Source of the DNA: a virus
Taxonomy: Duplodnaviria; Caudoviricetes
Direction: 5' to 3' (one strand)
DNA: 64,000 bases
Virus record (IMG/VR): IMGVR_UViG_3300034272_002196
Location: 1,901 to 65,900 of that record
Part shown: piece after piece, positions 1-10,264 of the stretch
Layout of the letters: each line of letters opens with the position of its first letter
Numbering within the stretch: the first letter of the stretch is position 1
Made by a program: the position numbers and the translations under genes
Notes under the pieces: generated by a model
Database searches by the model: none
What the model saw: the letters and a program-made list of their open reading frames with translations, nothing else
What the model was told of the DNA's origin: nothing

Positions 1-1088
1 CCTACTGCGGGTATGATTTCATCTATCCAAGGATCTAGTAGATTCCTGGGAAGAGATAAAGGTGACATAACTATGTCCGGGCTAAAACTAAAAATTACTT
101 TCGCGAGAATATCGACTTTTTCTTCTTCTGCAAGTCGCTGGATATTAGTAACTTCGAACATGCCGGGCAAAGTGAGCGTAAAGTCAATTCGCATCTGACG
201 TCTGTGACTAGCGATTGCAACTCCTTGACGGAAATTTTTAAGCCATCCATCGTAGTCAAGGCCTGTTCTAATGTATTCACCAATTTTACCCGTGCCATCG
301 ATACTTGCACAAATCTGCCAATCACGAAGCCCAGTGAGAATATCATTGTAAAGATTAATGCCCTTATAATTAATTCTTGATAAGTTTGTATTGTATCTAG
401 CATAAACATTTGGACCGTCTCCTAGTTCTATTATCCTCTGCATGTATCTCCAATGTTGTTCATACATGAGAGGTTCACCGCCTACCCAATATACTTCCTC
501 TACGCGGTGTTCTTCAACGGCTTGACTGAACTCTGCCTCAATTTGTGTGTCTTGGAATTGTTCAATTTGTTTTTTAACTTCAGGCTGCATCCAGTTATTT
601 TTTGGATCATGCCAATTGATCATGTTGTGCTGTCGTTGCTCGCTTTCCCAAGCACTGCTTAACATGTCTCCACACATGCGGCATTTGAAATTACAAAGAT
701 TACTGAATCTGTAATCCCAACTCACAGGCTTCATATCAGTTGAACCGTCAGGCTGTGTCTTTTCCATTGCCTCATTGTACTTATGGCCAAACAATTGATT
801 AAAATAACTACGGTAAACAGATGTGTTCAACAACTTATCGTTGCATACTTCACACTCTGGTAGGATTTCCCCACGCATCATACGCAGGCGCACAGACTTC
901 ATATGCTCGCTATTCCAATGCTCGTCCAGTGTGATAGGTATATATTTTCCAGATCCGTTAGTAGTATCAATATACTGTTTAAAATTCTGTGCGGGCTCAC
1001 GACTGGCGCAGCACATTCTGCGTTCAGTTTGTGGACTCAGATATGTATGTGTCCATGGTGCAAGACAAAGAGTAATCGGCTTATTCAT
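1..1088 (-). CDS. Radical SAM enzyme with N-terminal twitch/SPASM-like domain (3' end beyond window)
   Basis: Not in ORF track because it has no stop in the window. Hand translation from ATG 1088: MNKPITLCLAPWTHTY...RMCCASRE...ECEVC...FSNLCNFKCRMCG (CxxxCxxC)...VYWVGGEPL...RYNTN...SIDG...EYIR. Start overlaps the end of the upstream gene. Confidence 0.92.
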   Translation of the reverse strand, partial: MNKPITLCLAPWTHTYLSPQTERRMCCASREPAQNFKQYIDTTNGSGKYIPITLDEHWNSEHMKSVRLRMMRGEILPECEVCNDKLLNTSVYRSYFNQLFGHKYNEAMEKTQPDGSTDMKPVSWDYRFSNLCNFKCRMCGDMLSSAWESEQRQHNMINWHDPKNNWMQPEVKKQIEQFQDTQIEAEFSQAVEEHRVEEVYWVGGEPLMYEQHWRYMQRIIELGDGPNVYARYNTNLSRINYKGINLYNDILTGLRDWQICASIDGTGKIGEYIRTGLDYDGWLKNFRQGVAIASHRRQMRIDFTLTLPGMFEVTNIQRLAEEEKVDILAKVIFSFSPDIVMSPLSLPRNLLDPWIDEIIPAV

Positions 1089-1830
1089 GAATTATGTTAA
1101 TTAATCTGTCTGCCCATTGTTCATGGCATTGAGTACTGTGATGTGATTTATCAAAAGCATTACTATCTAAGTCCCAAATTGAATTACATGAATCATTGAA
1201 ATGCATTTCAATTTTATTATTAATTAAAATTTCTTGTATTTCTTTTGAATACGTATCCGCTTTTTGGAAATGTATATTATAACATGGAATGTTTAAAAGT
1301 CTGAGAATAGTATTAGCTTCAATTATTGAAGACACCCAAGATTCTAATAGATTGTTTTCAGACAATTTTATTGCATGATGAATTAAGCACTGCGACGGAG
1401 AGTGTACTAATTCAAAATGTGCAACATTTTTTTCATATACAAACATCCTATGGGGATTGGGCCATTGTGCTACCACAAATTTTGGAGCTTTTTGAATATT
1501 GTTAACCCAAGAAAAAATATTCTTTTTTACAAACATCGCACCAGATGATGCTACGCCCAAATTAATCACTTGCAATTCTAGTCGACGACTTAACTGATTA
1601 CTATACACAAATTCATATGGGAGGCCTACTCCCTCAGTATGACTGCACCCAATGGCTATTGCATAACTATCCGATATAGTATCAAATTCTTCTGTTCGAT
1701 AACCTTGACTATTATACACATATTCCACCGTATCTTTGGATACATGTTGAATACTTGTCTTTTTATTTGCCCTGGCTAGTTTTATAACTGGTGAAGCAAA
1801 ACTATCTAGTAGAGTAAATTGTTCATTCAT
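1081..1830 (-). CDS. SGNH/GDSL-like hydrolase or acyltransferase
   Basis: Block I-like IGCSHTEG, block II-like INLGVASSG, block V-like DKSHH; overlaps both neighbouring genes. Confidence 0.6.
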   Translation of the reverse strand: MNEQFTLLDSFASPVIKLARANKKTSIQHVSKDTVEYVYNSQGYRTEEFDTISDSYAIAIGCSHTEGVGLPYEFVYSNQLSRRLELQVINLGVASSGAMFVKKNIFSWVNNIQKAPKFVVAQWPNPHRMFVYEKNVAHFELVHSPSQCLIHHAIKLSENNLLESWVSSIIEANTILRLLNIPCYNIHFQKADTYSKEIQEILINNKIEMHFNDSCNSIWDLDSNAFDKSHHSTQCHEQWADRLINIIHE

Positions 1831-3070
1831 ATCCCATAGCCTTTGCTATCTCTGAATGTGTATTCATAAAATTTTGTTTACGGTATTCATCTGTTCGTTT
1901 CATTTTTTTAAGAAATTCTTTACCGTCACTGCCTGTGCCGTTTTCTATAAATTTAATAACATTATCAATTTCTTGTTGATATCTATTAGATATCCAAAAT
2001 GTAGTTTTTAATTTATTTAATACCAAGTCTTTTGCAATAGGTGTTAGATTCTGTATGCTCATATGACTAGGACTGTGTAACATATTAAAATATACACTAT
2101 CAAAAGATTTAGTGTCTGCCCAAGCTAGAAGTTCATCTAAGTAATAGACATTTTGAATATTAATGGTGAAACAAAGTTGAGTAGTGATATTAGGTGTATC
2201 TACATTTTTAGCAAAATGTATTCCGTCGATTATTTCATTAGCGTCTTCCCACTTAGCTCCGTATCGTTCATATTCGAACCTATCACCAACATTGTCGACA
2301 CTAAAAGCAATATCAACACGACCAAAATGATTCCATAACGCAGATTTTTCTACGCCCAAGGAATTAACTGTGGCATTGGTATTGTAGTGTATATCAATAT
2401 GTTTACTATCGCCGGTGTTTACTGCGTGGCGTAATAATTCCCAGTGTTCTTCGATTAGCCAAGGCTCACCGCCAGTAAATTCAAAATACTTTATTTGTGG
2501 CAATAGTGTTTTTAAGTTTTCCCAGAAAGCAGAACTTTCTTCGGGCCATTTTCCTTGTTTCAGCCATTGGTATGCAATATGTGTCTTTTTATTAACTTCT
2601 GGCGGCAAGTAATCCATTTCTTCAGCAGCCCATTTACTACTAGACCAGCTGCCGCATATACGACATTTAAGATTACAAATATTTCCCAATTTTAAGTCAA
2701 TGAACCAAAGTTGATCGGGTGTGTCATTTTGCCAATCTATTAGAGTGTTTAACTCATCGATGGTTTTAGTTTTGGTAAATTCTTTAAATCTTATTTGACT
2801 GTGAATACGCTTGCTATCTCGGCCAGCATTTTCTTCCTCCCAACATCTGTTGCAAGTTTCAGGTTTTTCGCCGCGGCGAAATTGCTGACGTAATGTTTGC
2901 ATATACTTACTTTTATAAATGTCAGTCAATGTTACTTCAGTTAACTGAAATTTATTGCCGGTGTCATCTGTTATTTCTTCTTGTGCGAGACAGCAAGGTC
3001 TTGCAGTGCCCATTGGACTAGTTTCAATGCTGATCCATGGCAGCATACAGATTGTGTTAGGAAGTTCCAT
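1823..3070 (-). CDS. Radical SAM enzyme, N-terminal twitch/SPASM-like domain
   Basis: CNLKCRIC, TGGEP, YNTN, SVD...EYER; N-terminal CMLPW...PCC...CNRC. Confidence 0.92.
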   Translation of the reverse strand: MELPNTICMLPWISIETSPMGTARPCCLAQEEITDDTGNKFQLTEVTLTDIYKSKYMQTLRQQFRRGEKPETCNRCWEEENAGRDSKRIHSQIRFKEFTKTKTIDELNTLIDWQNDTPDQLWFIDLKLGNICNLKCRICGSWSSSKWAAEEMDYLPPEVNKKTHIAYQWLKQGKWPEESSAFWENLKTLLPQIKYFEFTGGEPWLIEEHWELLRHAVNTGDSKHIDIHYNTNATVNSLGVEKSALWNHFGRVDIAFSVDNVGDRFEYERYGAKWEDANEIIDGIHFAKNVDTPNITTQLCFTINIQNVYYLDELLAWADTKSFDSVYFNMLHSPSHMSIQNLTPIAKDLVLNKLKTTFWISNRYQQEIDNVIKFIENGTGSDGKEFLKKMKRTDEYRKQNFMNTHSEIAKAMGYE

Positions 3071-4373
3071 ATTTCTTCAAGTCTGTTAGTTCAGGAAATA
3101 CTTTGAAAAAGTCTTCTTTGCGAACATCGTCTATTAGATTGTTGTATTTGAAAAATTCTGGGATCAAATAAGTGCTGTCTTGTTGCATCATAAAGTTGAT
3201 AACGCCCTCATATCCACTGGTTGCACGTTGTAGAGAATCAAGTGGTCTCAACCACTCGAGATGTTCTTCAATCTTTGCTTTAGCTTGTTCTTTAAGATGC
3301 TGTGGCAAAACATCAACTCGATATCGATGTGGATGCTGCAAAATGTTAATATTCCAATCCATTGGGCGTAGTAGACCTAAGTCTGCCCATTCACGGTGAA
3401 AGTCTGTTATATGTAAAACGTTCATCATACTGACTGTGCTACTAACATAAAAATCCACATTAGGACAAACTTCGATCATACGTTCACGATTCTCAACAGT
3501 TTGTTTCCAATCCTGCCCTTTACGAATATATTCACCCCGAGCATAATTACCGTCAAGACTTGCGCCAATACTAACACAATCAAACAGCTTCCACATTTCA
3601 AACACTTCTCGACTCTTGAATTTCATCTCTGAGAAGTTTGTGTTATATATTAAACGAACATGGAACATTTCGCGTTTCACAAGTTCATCAAGAACTTTCC
3701 AGTGTTCTTTCATAATCAAAGGCTCACCCCCGGCCCAATAAATTTGCTCTAAATGAGGGATATGTTCTTGCATCTGTTCCCACATATCATCCTCGTTGCG
3801 GCCTGCATACATAATTACTGGGTGTTGTGGATCCCAACCTGCTTTTTTCTCGTCGGCATACCAATTGGAAGAAAATATACTACCGCAGGTCCTGCAAGCA
3901 AAATTACAAAGATTGCTAAAACGTATGTCGTAGTACCGTAGTTTAAAGTCTTCAAATGTTCCGTCGGTTTTAGTTTGATCGACTAAGCCGATATGATGCC
4001 CAAAATTCTTATTGGAACTCTCACGCATACTAAAAAGCTTTGACTGTTCTTGTTCATAACATTTTGTGCATTCTTTGCAAGATTTTTCTTCAAGCATGTT
4101 CTTTCGCATGTCACGAAGAGGCTGATCATTCCAAATTTCCTTCATGCTAGTATGATTCAAACTACCAATTGGATGTTGAGGTTCACTTAAGCAACAAGGG
4201 TAAGCACGACCGTCGGGAAAGGCATGCATATGGATCCATGGGATAATGCAGAACACATCGCTTTTGATTAGTTTATCAAGTTGATCTGTACGCAGATCTT
4301 CCTCTTTGATGTAGATGGGTTTACGACCACCGTAGTTATAGTTTTTGTAATAATCGTTTAAATCGTCTGCCAT
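3057..4373 (-). CDS. Radical SAM enzyme, N-terminal twitch/SPASM-like domain
   Basis: CNFACRTC, AGGEP, YNTN, SLDG...EYIR; N-terminal CIIPW...PCC...CTKC. Confidence 0.92.
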   Translation of the reverse strand: MADDLNDYYKNYNYGGRKPIYIKEEDLRTDQLDKLIKSDVFCIIPWIHMHAFPDGRAYPCCLSEPQHPIGSLNHTSMKEIWNDQPLRDMRKNMLEEKSCKECTKCYEQEQSKLFSMRESSNKNFGHHIGLVDQTKTDGTFEDFKLRYYDIRFSNLCNFACRTCGSIFSSNWYADEKKAGWDPQHPVIMYAGRNEDDMWEQMQEHIPHLEQIYWAGGEPLIMKEHWKVLDELVKREMFHVRLIYNTNFSEMKFKSREVFEMWKLFDCVSIGASLDGNYARGEYIRKGQDWKQTVENRERMIEVCPNVDFYVSSTVSMMNVLHITDFHREWADLGLLRPMDWNINILQHPHRYRVDVLPQHLKEQAKAKIEEHLEWLRPLDSLQRATSGYEGVINFMMQQDSTYLIPEFFKYNNLIDDVRKEDFFKVFPELTDLKKYGTS

Positions 4374-5722
4374 TATAATGCCTTATACCAATCTGCCAAA
4401 GCAGGAAATGTCTTGCAGAAATCTTTGCCTCTGCGTTGATCATATTGTGTGTAAAATTGTTTGAAATCGTTGCGTAATTTGGACAGTTCAAATGCATCAC
4501 TGTGCGGAGTTTTTACAACATCCAAATAGTCCACTAGGCGCTGTAAATGATTTATTTCATGTTCATGTAAATAGTTATACCCTTTATGTCGAACAATAAA
4601 ATTAACCAGCTGATCTTTGTATTTTGATTTAATATTATCAGGCAACACCAATGGGCTTTGAAAACTAGGGAAACGTAAAATGTTTAAAGTAAAGTTGGGA
4701 TAGTCTCGGCCAAATTCTTTCTTTAAATCTACTAGAGTATCTAAGAAATCAGGTAATGTGTCAAGACATAATGCGTTAATTGTACACATTACATGTAGTC
4801 CTCGAAACTTTTTACTGTTTGCAAGTTTCATGACATTTTCCAGCCACAGAGTATAATTTAACCCATCTCGTATATATTCAGCTTGGTCGTGATCGCTTTC
4901 ATTGCTAGTATATAAATCTATTTCTAACCCATCTACACTGTCAATCAATCTATCAATATCAACTTGATAACCTAAATTGCTGTTAATTGCCAATCTAGTT
5001 TTACTTCTTCCTTTATTTGTTTTAAACCAATCGATCAATTTCCAAGTCTCTGCACTCATCAAAGGTTCACCGCCGGTGATACGTAATTCTTTCAATGTTC
5101 TATGTAAGTCGCTTTCCCACCATTTGTGAAATGCTTCCGCATAAGGATTAGATTCACCGAATTTATACAATTGACTGCTGTCATGAGTATGAGTAAAATG
5201 ATTTCTGCCGTCGCTGATAAGATTAGTATATGGCCCGTTGCGCTTAATATCATTTACCCAGGTGCTGCTGAACGCAGGATTACAGTAACTACAAGCAAAC
5301 TGACAAGTACGATCAAAAGCAATTTCAAGAGTTTGCAAGTCAATGTCAGTGCTTGCCGGAGTTGCATATGCATAGTTCAAATCCTTGTCGTCATAGATAA
5401 CTGTTTTATACACTCGGTCACTGACTGCATCTTTGCCCATGTCTTCAATCTTCCAACAGTATTCGCAGCCCGAAGGTCTTTCCCCTTTCTGCATCTGTTC
5501 CCGTTCCATTTTCTTTTTCTGTGTATTATGCAGTGCTTTAGGGTTTCGTTGGACATCGTCAATTTCTACCTTGTGCGGTAAGGGGTGATGACAACTTGTA
5601 GTCTGACCACTACCCAACCAGATAGTAGCATTATACCATTTGGCTCCGCAAAAGCTATTCGATTTAATATCAATAACTCTACGTTTATATTCTAAGTCTG
5701 TTTCATTGTTTATTCTTGGCAT
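4373..5722 (-). CDS. Radical SAM enzyme, N-terminal Cys/His auxiliary domain
   Basis: CQFACSYC, TGGEP, EYIR; N-terminal CGAKW...SCHHPLPH...CEYC. Confidence 0.92.
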   Translation of the reverse strand: MPRINNETDLEYKRRVIDIKSNSFCGAKWYNATIWLGSGQTTSCHHPLPHKVEIDDVQRNPKALHNTQKKKMEREQMQKGERPSGCEYCWKIEDMGKDAVSDRVYKTVIYDDKDLNYAYATPASTDIDLQTLEIAFDRTCQFACSYCNPAFSSTWVNDIKRNGPYTNLISDGRNHFTHTHDSSQLYKFGESNPYAEAFHKWWESDLHRTLKELRITGGEPLMSAETWKLIDWFKTNKGRSKTRLAINSNLGYQVDIDRLIDSVDGLEIDLYTSNESDHDQAEYIRDGLNYTLWLENVMKLANSKKFRGLHVMCTINALCLDTLPDFLDTLVDLKKEFGRDYPNFTLNILRFPSFQSPLVLPDNIKSKYKDQLVNFIVRHKGYNYLHEHEINHLQRLVDYLDVVKTPHSDAFELSKLRNDFKQFYTQYDQRRGKDFCKTFPALADWYKAL

Positions 5723-6740
5723 GTTGTTCGAATTTCATTAAAAATTTATTTACTAGATCAAAGTCTTCGTTGGGAGTTTTTGTCGACATCAATAATTCCC
5801 TATTATGTCGACAATTTTGTTCGGCTGCTGATAAAAATTCTTCTAAGTTAGATTTACACAAATCTTCAACTACGTCTGCAATTCGAGTTAGTCTATCATC
5901 GTTATTATCTATCAAATCAAAAGATTCATCAATTAAATGATTAAAAGTTTTAAATCCAAGGCTATGCAAATCTCTGTAGAATCCATAATTTGCAACTGCA
6001 ACAAAAGGATGTCCTACTTTAATAGGCTTGTAAATTTTTTCTGTCCTAAAACTATAAGGTAGATAAAAATTAGTTTCTGTGACTACACTAAAGTAACTGT
6101 CTTCGAATAAATTTGAAAAAAGTTGTCCGTCAGGCCAATCATCAAAAATATATTTTCCGTTGACTACAGTATCTTTATTAACTTGGTAGCAATAGTCGTC
6201 GGGCAAAAATTTGTTGTCATATAGAGCTGACCACAAGCTTTTTTCTAATAGACTTTTTTTGTTTAATTTTTCAATCAGAGAAGATCTCTGTGGCCTGTTA
6301 ACACCGTTAAGAAAATTAAATAAAAAAGGCTTATTTCTTCTTTCAAAAACATTTTCACATATCCCCGAGTCGCGTTCATGCAACACATCAGTGGTATTTC
6401 CTAATATAAATTTAAATATGTCTACATTGAAATGATCTACATCACTGTGTAAATCTCCTGAAGATAATATAAATGGCCATGTTGTTTGGTTTGACCAGTT
6501 ATAGCCGTGTAAAGTATCTACTACCGTATTTGTTCCTTCTTGTAACATACTTAATATAAAAATTTTGTTACAATCGGGTATACCGTATTTTTTTAGAATA
6601 TTTTTAGTTAAAAGAATCGCACCGTCCGATGATAGCAAATCATCGTATGATGTGTATTCAGTGATATCAAAATTAGTAGGGTACCAACTAAAGAAATTTA
6701 AATCTTCTCCTTGCAGTGAATTAATTTTGATTTTTTGCAT
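5703..6740 (-). CDS. Putative glycosyltransferase (GT10/fucosyltransferase-like C-terminal motif)
   Basis: FSVVTET...RTEKIYKPI..GHPF resembles the E(N/T)...TEK..K/N donor-binding motif of GT10; lies within the GT/radical SAM operon. Confidence 0.5.
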   Translation of the reverse strand: MQKIKINSLQGEDLNFFSWYPTNFDITEYTSYDDLLSSDGAILLTKNILKKYGIPDCNKIFILSMLQEGTNTVVDTLHGYNWSNQTTWPFILSSGDLHSDVDHFNVDIFKFILGNTTDVLHERDSGICENVFERRNKPFLFNFLNGVNRPQRSSLIEKLNKKSLLEKSLWSALYDNKFLPDDYCYQVNKDTVVNGKYIFDDWPDGQLFSNLFEDSYFSVVTETNFYLPYSFRTEKIYKPIKVGHPFVAVANYGFYRDLHSLGFKTFNHLIDESFDLIDNNDDRLTRIADVVEDLCKSNLEEFLSAAEQNCRHNRELLMSTKTPNEDFDLVNKFLMKFEQHAKNKQ

Positions 6741-8115
6741 GGTATTGACAATCTTTCCAAAACTCCGACATTTCTGGAAATGTTAGCTGGAAATTAGTAT
6801 TTCTTCTTCGATCGTGTTCGTTAAAAAATTTGTAAAAATTTGACTTTTGTATTTTAACATAAGACGGATCTAATTTGCTACCTTCCTTCATCCAATCTAT
6901 CACTCTTTGTAATCGTTGTAGTTCATAGTCTTTAAAACCTTTAAATGGATGCTCGGGAGTTTCTATTTTCTTCAACATAAAACTCCATGCCAGTTCTAAT
7001 TCATCAGTATAGCTTTCTGGCAGCAACTGTAAACTTTGCCATTCGGGTTTCCTAAGTATAGGTGTGTCAAACCACACACGTTGATATGTTTTACTGTAAA
7101 TTTCTCGAAGTCCATGCACAGACGTCATCAATTGCCTAAAACTAGTGACACTGAGATTATTCATCGTAATAATAAATGTTAAACTACTACGATTAGGAAC
7201 TTCATTTAAAAATCTATTTACGTTTTCCCAAAGCATTGTAAAATCAAGTCCGTGTCTGATATACTCAGCTTTATGGAATAGTGCATCCAAACTGACATAC
7301 TGCATAAAATGTTCTATTTTAATTTGATCATTATCGCATAATCGTTTAACATAATCTAGATATTTCTCAAACAGCTTAGGCTCTACACTAAAATTACTGG
7401 TAACATTCAAATGCAATTTGGGACTAGGATTTTCCAATACATAATCAAATACTCGATATGTGTTCTTATCCATGAGCGGCTCTCCGCCAGTCATTCGAAA
7501 ATGTTCTAGTTCAGGATACAATTTTGGCCACCAAGACCAAAAAGCATCCACATAGGGATTATCTTCTCTTGCAGGAATAACTTTTCTTTCTCCGGTAAAA
7601 TGGCTGGGATCATTGTGCGGAGGATTAGTAGGAAAAGCGCCATGGCGTTCTACGTCAGTGGCCCACGTACTAGAGTACTGAGGACTGCAATAACTACAAG
7701 CAAGATTACAAGCATTGTTAAAATTAACTTCCACGTAAGAGGGAAGAACGTCTTCCTCCCCAGAAGAACTAGCTATTGATTCAAAATCTTTTGCTGCCCA
7801 CGGTTCACCACTGCGATAATGTCGATCACTTAAATTGCCTAAGTCTTCCTGAGTCCAACAGTAACTACATTCTTGTGGGCGTTCATTACGCAACATAATC
7901 TTACGCTGCTCTTTTTTATAAGGTGTATTATGTAATGCACTGGGATTATCTTTTAACAACGCCGCATCAATTTTATGTAACGGTGGGTGGTAACAACTGT
8001 TGTTAAGTCCTGTGGGTAAATGTAAGCTAACTTGTTTCCACTTAGCCAAACACAGTGCGGGACCTAATTTAGATTTTGCTTCTTCTGCAGAATTTAAAAA
8101 TACGCTTTTAGTCAT
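6721..8115 (-). CDS. Radical SAM enzyme, N-terminal Cys/His auxiliary domain
   Basis: CNLACSYC, TGGEP, SLD...EYIR; N-terminal CLAKW...SCYHPPLH...CSYC; paralog of 4373-5722. ATG 8115 preferred over TTG 8121 (TAATG coupling with upstream stop). Confidence 0.92.
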   Translation of the reverse strand: MTKSVFLNSAEEAKSKLGPALCLAKWKQVSLHLPTGLNNSCYHPPLHKIDAALLKDNPSALHNTPYKKEQRKIMLRNERPQECSYCWTQEDLGNLSDRHYRSGEPWAAKDFESIASSSGEEDVLPSYVEVNFNNACNLACSYCSPQYSSTWATDVERHGAFPTNPPHNDPSHFTGERKVIPAREDNPYVDAFWSWWPKLYPELEHFRMTGGEPLMDKNTYRVFDYVLENPSPKLHLNVTSNFSVEPKLFEKYLDYVKRLCDNDQIKIEHFMQYVSLDALFHKAEYIRHGLDFTMLWENVNRFLNEVPNRSSLTFIITMNNLSVTSFRQLMTSVHGLREIYSKTYQRVWFDTPILRKPEWQSLQLLPESYTDELELAWSFMLKKIETPEHPFKGFKDYELQRLQRVIDWMKEGSKLDPSYVKIQKSNFYKFFNEHDRRRNTNFQLTFPEMSEFWKDCQYHAKNQN

Positions 8116-9041
8116 TACCAACCTTCGACTCTTCGAATTACATCTAGTTCTGTCATCGTTGTTCCCATATTACGATGCACTGCTTTATAATGATGTTTAA
8201 AAAATGCACTTTGATCTGCATTCATGTCTACTATCGGCAAACCTAGTCGTGAACGTAAAGTTTGTCCGACATTTTCACAGGCAGATTCTTCGTCTTTACT
8301 AAAAGAGTTCCAAAGATATGCAAGATGATCAAAATCCTGTACTTGCCGATAATCCCATTCTCTGAGCATGGTCATATAAGTTCCCAATCGGGCCCCATAT
8401 ATAGCCCACCGACCATTTTCTACATCTTGCCCAACGCTTTGCCAAATGCATAAATGATCATAATTGCGGGCATGAACTTTTTGCTCAAACTCTTGCAAGC
8501 TGGGTTTCTTTCCTCGATCTAAGCACATCTTAACACCTTCGCGGAACCCTGCTCGCCAAGCTTGAAAAGGTGTTGAATTGGGAAATGTAGTGCTATAGCA
8601 ATCATGCATGGGAATATACTTGGGATCAAAACAAAATTCTATTAGAGTTTCGTCTCTGCCGTCTGTGGCTTCATGTGTTCGCATATTATTAACGAACTCT
8701 TTGGTCCAACAACTTATTCCACCATTGCCATACATCAACCCGTTAACATGATTACGAGCTTTCCACCTAAACACACAGTCATGATTACTGTCGTCCAACT
8801 TAAGTTGAAGATTAAAAAATTCAGCGTCTGGTATATTGTCACCATCGATTAACACAAATCTTTCAGTGTCACTGGTCGCGGCTGCTGCTTTATGTGCAGC
8901 ATCGCTGCCTTTTATTCCATCAACCCGTTTAGCCCATGGAATTAAATTTTGAATCTTAATCCAAAACTCTTCTTTTCTTGGCTCATCGTAGGTCAAGAAT
9001 ATGCAATCAAGATCTGCGATATCAATGATTTTTGTAGTCAT
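8115..9041 (-). CDS. Putative GT-A fold glycosyltransferase
   Basis: Hydrophobic strand followed by DxD (FVLIDGD), AHKAAA helix before it, N-terminal IFLTYDEP; operon context. Confidence 0.55.
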   Translation of the reverse strand: MTTKIIDIADLDCIFLTYDEPRKEEFWIKIQNLIPWAKRVDGIKGSDAAHKAAAATSDTERFVLIDGDNIPDAEFFNLQLKLDDSNHDCVFRWKARNHVNGLMYGNGGISCWTKEFVNNMRTHEATDGRDETLIEFCFDPKYIPMHDCYSTTFPNSTPFQAWRAGFREGVKMCLDRGKKPSLQEFEQKVHARNYDHLCIWQSVGQDVENGRWAIYGARLGTYMTMLREWDYRQVQDFDHLAYLWNSFSKDEESACENVGQTLRSRLGLPIVDMNADQSAFFKHHYKAVHRNMGTTMTELDVIRRVEGW

Positions 9042-9447
9042 AGTGTTCTACATCTTTATAAGTTTCATTGTCTTCTAATATTAGACCGGGATTATTTGCC
9101 ACTGTTTTAAACCCTGTTTGACTTTTTTCAAGTTGCGGCGTTTGCGCGGCATTGTCTTTTCTAATTGTAGTTTTATTATTACGGACAATGTACTTGTGTA
9201 ATTCTGCAACTACACTTTTATAAGTATCCTCATCTACTATGATATAATTGCCGGTAAATCCATACATCTCTGCATCTTTTACAGTAGGAGATGTGGCTGT
9301 GATATTGCCAGACTCGTCATAATATATCCGATATTCGTATTCAATTGGCGTAGGTTTATCTATTAAACCCAACTCGTCTAATTGTCTAATTATTTCTTCC
9401 AGCGTGGTATCTTCATTAACTGTTATAGTAGGTTCGTTCATATTCAT
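9022..9447 (-). CDS. Hypothetical protein
   Basis: Open frame overlapping both neighbours in a tightly packed operon; start may be 9441. Confidence 0.7.
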   Translation of the reverse strand: MNMNEPTITVNEDTTLEEIIRQLDELGLIDKPTPIEYEYRIYYDESGNITATSPTVKDAEMYGFTGNYIIVDEDTYKSVVAELHKYIVRNNKTTIRKDNAAQTPQLEKSQTGFKTVANNPGLILEDNETYKDVEHYDYKNH

Positions 9448-10264
9448 TTATTAATTCCTCTGTTACATAAGATTTATCATAGTAATGCACTGGACTATAT
9501 TGATTTAGATTATGAATATTAATCATATGATTATCTCTATAATGCAGCACTATGTCTTGCCAAGATTGATCTGTATTACCCCATCCGTTGATGCCAGGTT
9601 TTAAATGCACAAAATTAATGAAATCCATAGTAGGTATGGTACACAGTTCAATTCCTATAGTTTTTGCTGTTAAAGCATATAGTACGTCAGTGCTGGGCGT
9701 GTCTTCTCGACAATTTTTTAAAACATTGTCCCTAAAATAGTCCCAATTTCTTAAAATTCGTTGAGCTGTTAAAAAGAAGTCACTGGCCACTTTGCTATAC
9801 CTAAAATACATCAAACCATTGTAAATGTCTGGTAACTCGTTGTCATCAAAAAATTTTCTATAAAGTCTCGATGTAGATAATTCTTGTCGATAAGTTCTAC
9901 AACCTGTACTTAATACGACGTCTCGCAGTCTGAATGCATTCCACCAATGATCGATATTTCTGGTGAATAACAAATCGCTTTCTAGTTTAATAGTTTCTTT
10001 AAACGGACTCAGTGAAAAAACTTGATATTCATTAGATAGTTTCCATGTACTATCTTTGTTATTTTCGTCATAGGGAATTTCAATTATATGATCGAATACT
10101 TTTTTATGTTTATCTGTGATTTGATCAATGGTATTTTTATCGCAGATCACTGCATACTTGGCAGTTGGATGCAGGCTTTTTACATTCATTGCTTGACAGT
10201 ACGCCAGTGATAGATAATCCACCTTATCTGTATTTTGTGCAAATGTTAGAAACCCTTTAGTCAT
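9416..10264 (-). CDS. Putative GT-A (GT8-like) glycosyltransferase
   Basis: SPFKETIKLESD (DxD variant ExD), YNGLMYF, C-terminal FVHLK; paralog of 10257-11096. Confidence 0.55.
   Translation of the reverse strand: MTKGFLTFAQNTDKVDYLSLAYCQAMNVKSLHPTAKYAVICDKNTIDQITDKHKKVFDHIIEIPYDENNKDSTWKLSNEYQVFSLSPFKETIKLESDLLFTRNIDHWWNAFRLRDVVLSTGCRTYRQELSTSRLYRKFFDDNELPDIYNGLMYFRYSKVASDFFLTAQRILRNWDYFRDNVLKNCREDTPSTDVLYALTAKTIGIELCTIPTMDFINFVHLKPGINGWGNTDQSWQDIVLHYRDNHMINIHNLNQYSPVHYYDKSYVTEELINEYERTYYNS

Noticed and set aside
95-409. 104-aa minus-strand ORF with an apparent TM helix, CPAC motif and AGGAG upstream (holin/spanin-like look)
   Set aside because: Lies wholly inside the radical SAM gene 1-1088 in another frame; the apparent SD is the Leu-Gly-Asp codons of that gene. 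Most likely a shadow ORF.
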